A program made the translations under genes and the position numbers. The notes below the pieces were generated by a model that saw nothing but the letters and a program-made list of their open reading frames with translations, did not search any database and was not told where the DNA came from. From contig MU008158.1 of assembly GCA_010909165.1 (NCBI GenBank), positions 3,001,478-3,065,477 on the forward strand: a DNA stretch of 64,000 nt, given 5' to 3'. Below are positions 60,316 through 64,000 of the stretch, piece after piece. The first letter of the stretch is position 1. Every line of letters begins with the position of its first letter. The stretch comes from Anthoceros angustus (taxonomy: Eukaryota > Plantae > Anthocerotophyta).

Positions 60316-60591
60316 GAAATACGACCCTGAGGAAAAGGACACGGTCCATCCCTGGGCAAACTGAGACAGGACATGGATTGGCTATCACTGAGCCACCTGG
60401 CACCACAAGAGGATCAGAATCCAATCATCTCTCTCTTGCTTCTCTCCCCCGGGTTTGTTTTGATTTATTTTGTTTTCAAAAATCTATCTTTTATTATGAA
60501 ATAAAACAATCTTATACTATACCTCGTTGATTTGGTATTAATTAATTAAAATTAATAAAAGTTGAAAATTCATAAATTATTATACTAAAAA

Positions 60592-61061
60592 TGCGAGACT
60601 TGCACGATTCTCACCTAGACCTCGTCAATTCACTCCACAAGAGACTTGCACGATTCTCAGCGCTCTCAACCTCACAACACAGCACTAGGCTCCAAGTAGC
60701 CCGCCGTCCACTGACGACTCGCATGCCACAACAATTATTGCAAGAATACAACAATGGAATATTGCAAGAACACAACAATGGAATATGGCTATCTCAATTG
60801 GGTACTACCCTTGATTTTATGACAAGCTCACTAGCTAGCTCTCCACAGCTCTCTCAACACAAGGCTTGCAGCGCACACTTGCCTGCTCTCTCAAAGAATG
60901 AATCCCACTTGTTCCTCAAAGCCCTTGCTCTAGCCCTTATATATCCCGCAGCCTGACCTCAACTAGGTAGTTGTTAAATCTAGGGATTCTTACAGACCAC
61001 TGATCACTAAGAGTCCTCTCTAGGCAGCTCTTCATTTGTGGTTGTAGCAATTCCTCTAACA
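60592..61061 (-). mobile_element. Possible solo LTR
   Basis: Minus strand runs TGTTAGAG...CGCA with an internal TATATAAG; higher GC than its AT-rich flanks; no clean TSD (AAAAA vs AGAGA). Confidence 0.4.
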
Positions 61062-61865
61062 AGAGATTGCATGAAGCATGCAACACATGCATTTCTTAAT
61101 AGGGCAGCTACTAACTTAGCTTTTTATCTCTTTAAACTTTTCACCTTTCTACCTTATTTCACCAGTGCTGTTACTCAATGTGTAAAAATTTACAAGTTTA
61201 AGATGCCGAGAATAAGGAAACTAGGGTTTGTGTGGAAAAATTAGAGCCTGTTTAGAAGAGGTCTATATATATCTATTAATTCTACATAAATACCTATGTA
61301 TTCTGATGAATATTAAAATTTGATAAAACTATTTTTCATAAATATTAAAATTTTAAAAAATACAAATATTTATGTTGAACTGTATTTTTTTCAAAAAAAA
61401 ATATTATTTCTGCATTACCCTGTTGAAACACCCCGCGGGATACGGTACTACATCTTTGGAGCTGCACTACCTATAATATCTACCTATTATAATTTAAAAT
61501 TTATAGGTTGAATTTTGTTATTGTTATTTTTAATTTTTTTAGAGGTTGAATTACTTGAAATCATAGTCCTCTATAGGTATTTAAGATGAGGGAAACACCT
61601 TGTTTGACATTCATCTTAATTTATTTAGTCTCATGTAATACTATAATTTACTCAAGTAGGCTTAGTTATTACATAGACACTAACCAATTTTCGTATTTTA
61701 GTGAGAAGAATTGACAAGAATTTATATCGGACTGAAATGAATCTTCCTCTCATGTTAGAACATGGATGAATTATATTTTGTAAACAAAAAGTTGATGGAT
61801 AAAGCTTGGTGTGTGAGTGAAATGAGATTGTATTAATTTTTTTTGCAACCAGACAGCCTTGCAAA

Positions 61866-63917
61866 ATGGACACGTTAGAGAATGAACAGGCACAAAACTA
61901 TGTATCTAATACTAAAATTGAGTCTACCTCAAACTTAAAACAAGAACATCTTGTTGATATGGGAGCAATGGAAGCTAATAAGGAAGATGTTGAGTCTTAT
62001 GGTAATAGATTGAGCTTAACTTTTATATTTCTTTGAATTGATAATCTAGATATTAGAGTTTTAGTTAAACATGCAGGTGCATCAATCCCAACAATAATAG
62101 TTGAAAACGAGGAGAAAGTTGTGATTCAACCAAATTCAGTGATGAACAAAAAGAAGACCATGTTCAAAGAAACGAAATCAAGTTCTTCAAAAGTTGGTCT
62201 TCCCAAGAAAAGAAATGAAAAATCAAGATCAAATTCAAAAATTTCTCAATCTCCTCCTAGTAGACTTTCAGCTGAAAAGACAAATATGATGCCCAAAATG
62301 TCTACAATTTCTTCAAGATTTTCAGCCCTGGTTAATGTTTACCCAAAGAGTAGGAAAAAATCATTGTTTGACACTATGCAAGGATTCACTAAACATATTG
62401 TAGAAACATCAGGATTAGCTCATAGGAGATCTCGAATGAGTTTGGACTCAACGCAACAACTAAAGTTTTCATTGGTTCCATTTAAGTCAGATGCATTAGA
62501 TCCTGCAAACCGCAAGATTTTGCTTCTTGCAGCACATGTAAAACCAAGAAAGATTGCAGGAGATCCATACTCAACACGTGAGATTGTCGCAGATCTACTT
62601 GGGGCATTCGGTGCTATGTTCACCTGGTCGATTTCTTTTACAATAGCTATGAGTATCATTATTTTCACCAAAACAACAAAAGACGTAAATAGATGTGAAT
62701 ATGTGAACATAGATAACAATGCCACGTGGATGAAATCCAAAGCTTTTCGAGATTGTCTGTTGTATATTGATCACCAAACAATGTCTAACATAGACAATTA
62801 TAAATATTTGGGTTATTATAGTGGAAGATCCGTGATGGAAGTACCAATTTATTTTATAATTTTACTTTTTATGTATGGTAGAAATGCCTTGAGTCGTAGG
62901 GAATGGTTAGTTCTCCCTAGTATTATCATCTTGCAACTCACTTTTATTGTTCTCATAAATGTTATTGGTAAGAGACCCACTTCATCAATTGGAGGGATCC
63001 TAGCTGTGCAGCTACCTTTGCAATTTATTGCTATGTTCTCTATATTGAAGATGTGTCAAATAAGTCATGTAAATCATCTATATTATCCATTTTGGTTACT
63101 TTGGATACAAAGTATACTACAAGTCCTTATGATCCCTCTCTATGAAGCTTTACTTCCGCTAAGTTTCACCCATGCTAGCACCAACCTTCAAAAGGCCGTA
63201 ATTCGTCTATTTATCCATCCATTCATATGGGCCATTCATGAAACAGGAGTCCGCATAGCTGTTCAGGCATTATTTCATCAACACTCATTTTCAGTTCATA
63301 GTGCCATCTTAATGATGCGCCCACGATTTTTTAATGCTTTCATTGGTAGATTTCTTTTGTCATCTCTTTCAAGCATAGGAGACATTATAGTCATTAACAT
63401 CATGTTAATGCTATTGGATATTGGAGCTCGATTGACAACAAAGGACAAAGATGATTGGTTGTATCACTTATTCACTAGTAAACACCATACGAAAAGAATT
63501 CAAGATAGTCAAATAAGTCGAGACTTACGTGCTACTTTTCAATTTGTCGACATGTTTACAGAGGTGGTAGGTGTAGTAACCGTATCGATGATTTATATCT
63601 CTGGGAATATTTCATATACATCTGGAGTTGGTGCTGATCTTTGGACAGTTGCAACAAATATGATGGTTCAGTTAAGCACTTTACTGTTAGGAGAGTTGAT
63701 TGGCATGGGATTTGAAAATAAATTTTCTTGTATTCAACATCGTAGAGTTTGGATAAGCCAACATCCTTTATTTTTACTTTTGATATTTTATATTGTGTAC
63801 ACCGAGCTCGAAAGACTCTCGACAGTTATTCTAGGTTTATTTTGCCTTGAAAGTTTTGACAATATCACTACCTTACAATATTGTGATGAAGCACATATTC
63901 CAACATATGCATTTTAG
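61866..63917 (+). CDS. Uncharacterised multi-pass membrane protein (658 aa as spliced); exons 61866-62001, 62077-63917
   Basis: Long intact ORF in AT-rich DNA. Phase-1 GT-AG intron 62002-62076 joins an upstream ATG exon. K/S-rich N-terminus and roughly 8-10 hydrophobic segments. Confidence 0.8.
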
Positions 63918-64000
63918 TGCATCTAGATATGCAATGAATCTTTAAGTTCACATACAAGCAAACTCTGATATTTTATTTAGAGGTGGTTTGGAACCAAAAA

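Overview
Nuclear DNA of a compact land-plant genome with short introns. A KP-type DYW domain points to a hornwort, fern or non-Selaginella lycophyte (inference). Bases 1 to about 33 kb are a nested transposon block. It holds the 5' half of a minus-strand Ty3/Gypsy element with an apparently ~4.5 kb ORF-containing LTR, a degenerate DDE transposase of the DUF7869/Sola-like type plus a second partial copy, and a complete Ty1/Copia element (22336-30962; TA...CA LTRs, TGTTT TSD) with two internal tandem duplications. Bases 33-64 kb are gene-dense: UPL5-like HECT ligase, ACOS5-like acyl-CoA synthetase, an F-box gene, COG5, sphingosine-1-phosphate lyase, a stand-alone VASt protein, a PP2-A10-like gene, a disrupted PLS-PPR-E-DYW:KP gene and an AT-rich multi-pass membrane protein gene. 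The most notable signal is at 57.9-60.3 kb. There, OSB-type PDF ssDNA-binding motifs sit immediately 5' of, and on the same strand as, a PPR array ending in a KP/GRP-like DYW domain, the class linked to U-to-C editing. This suggests a PDF-PPR-DYW:KP architecture. All protein assignments rest on motif recognition by eye; no database search was run.
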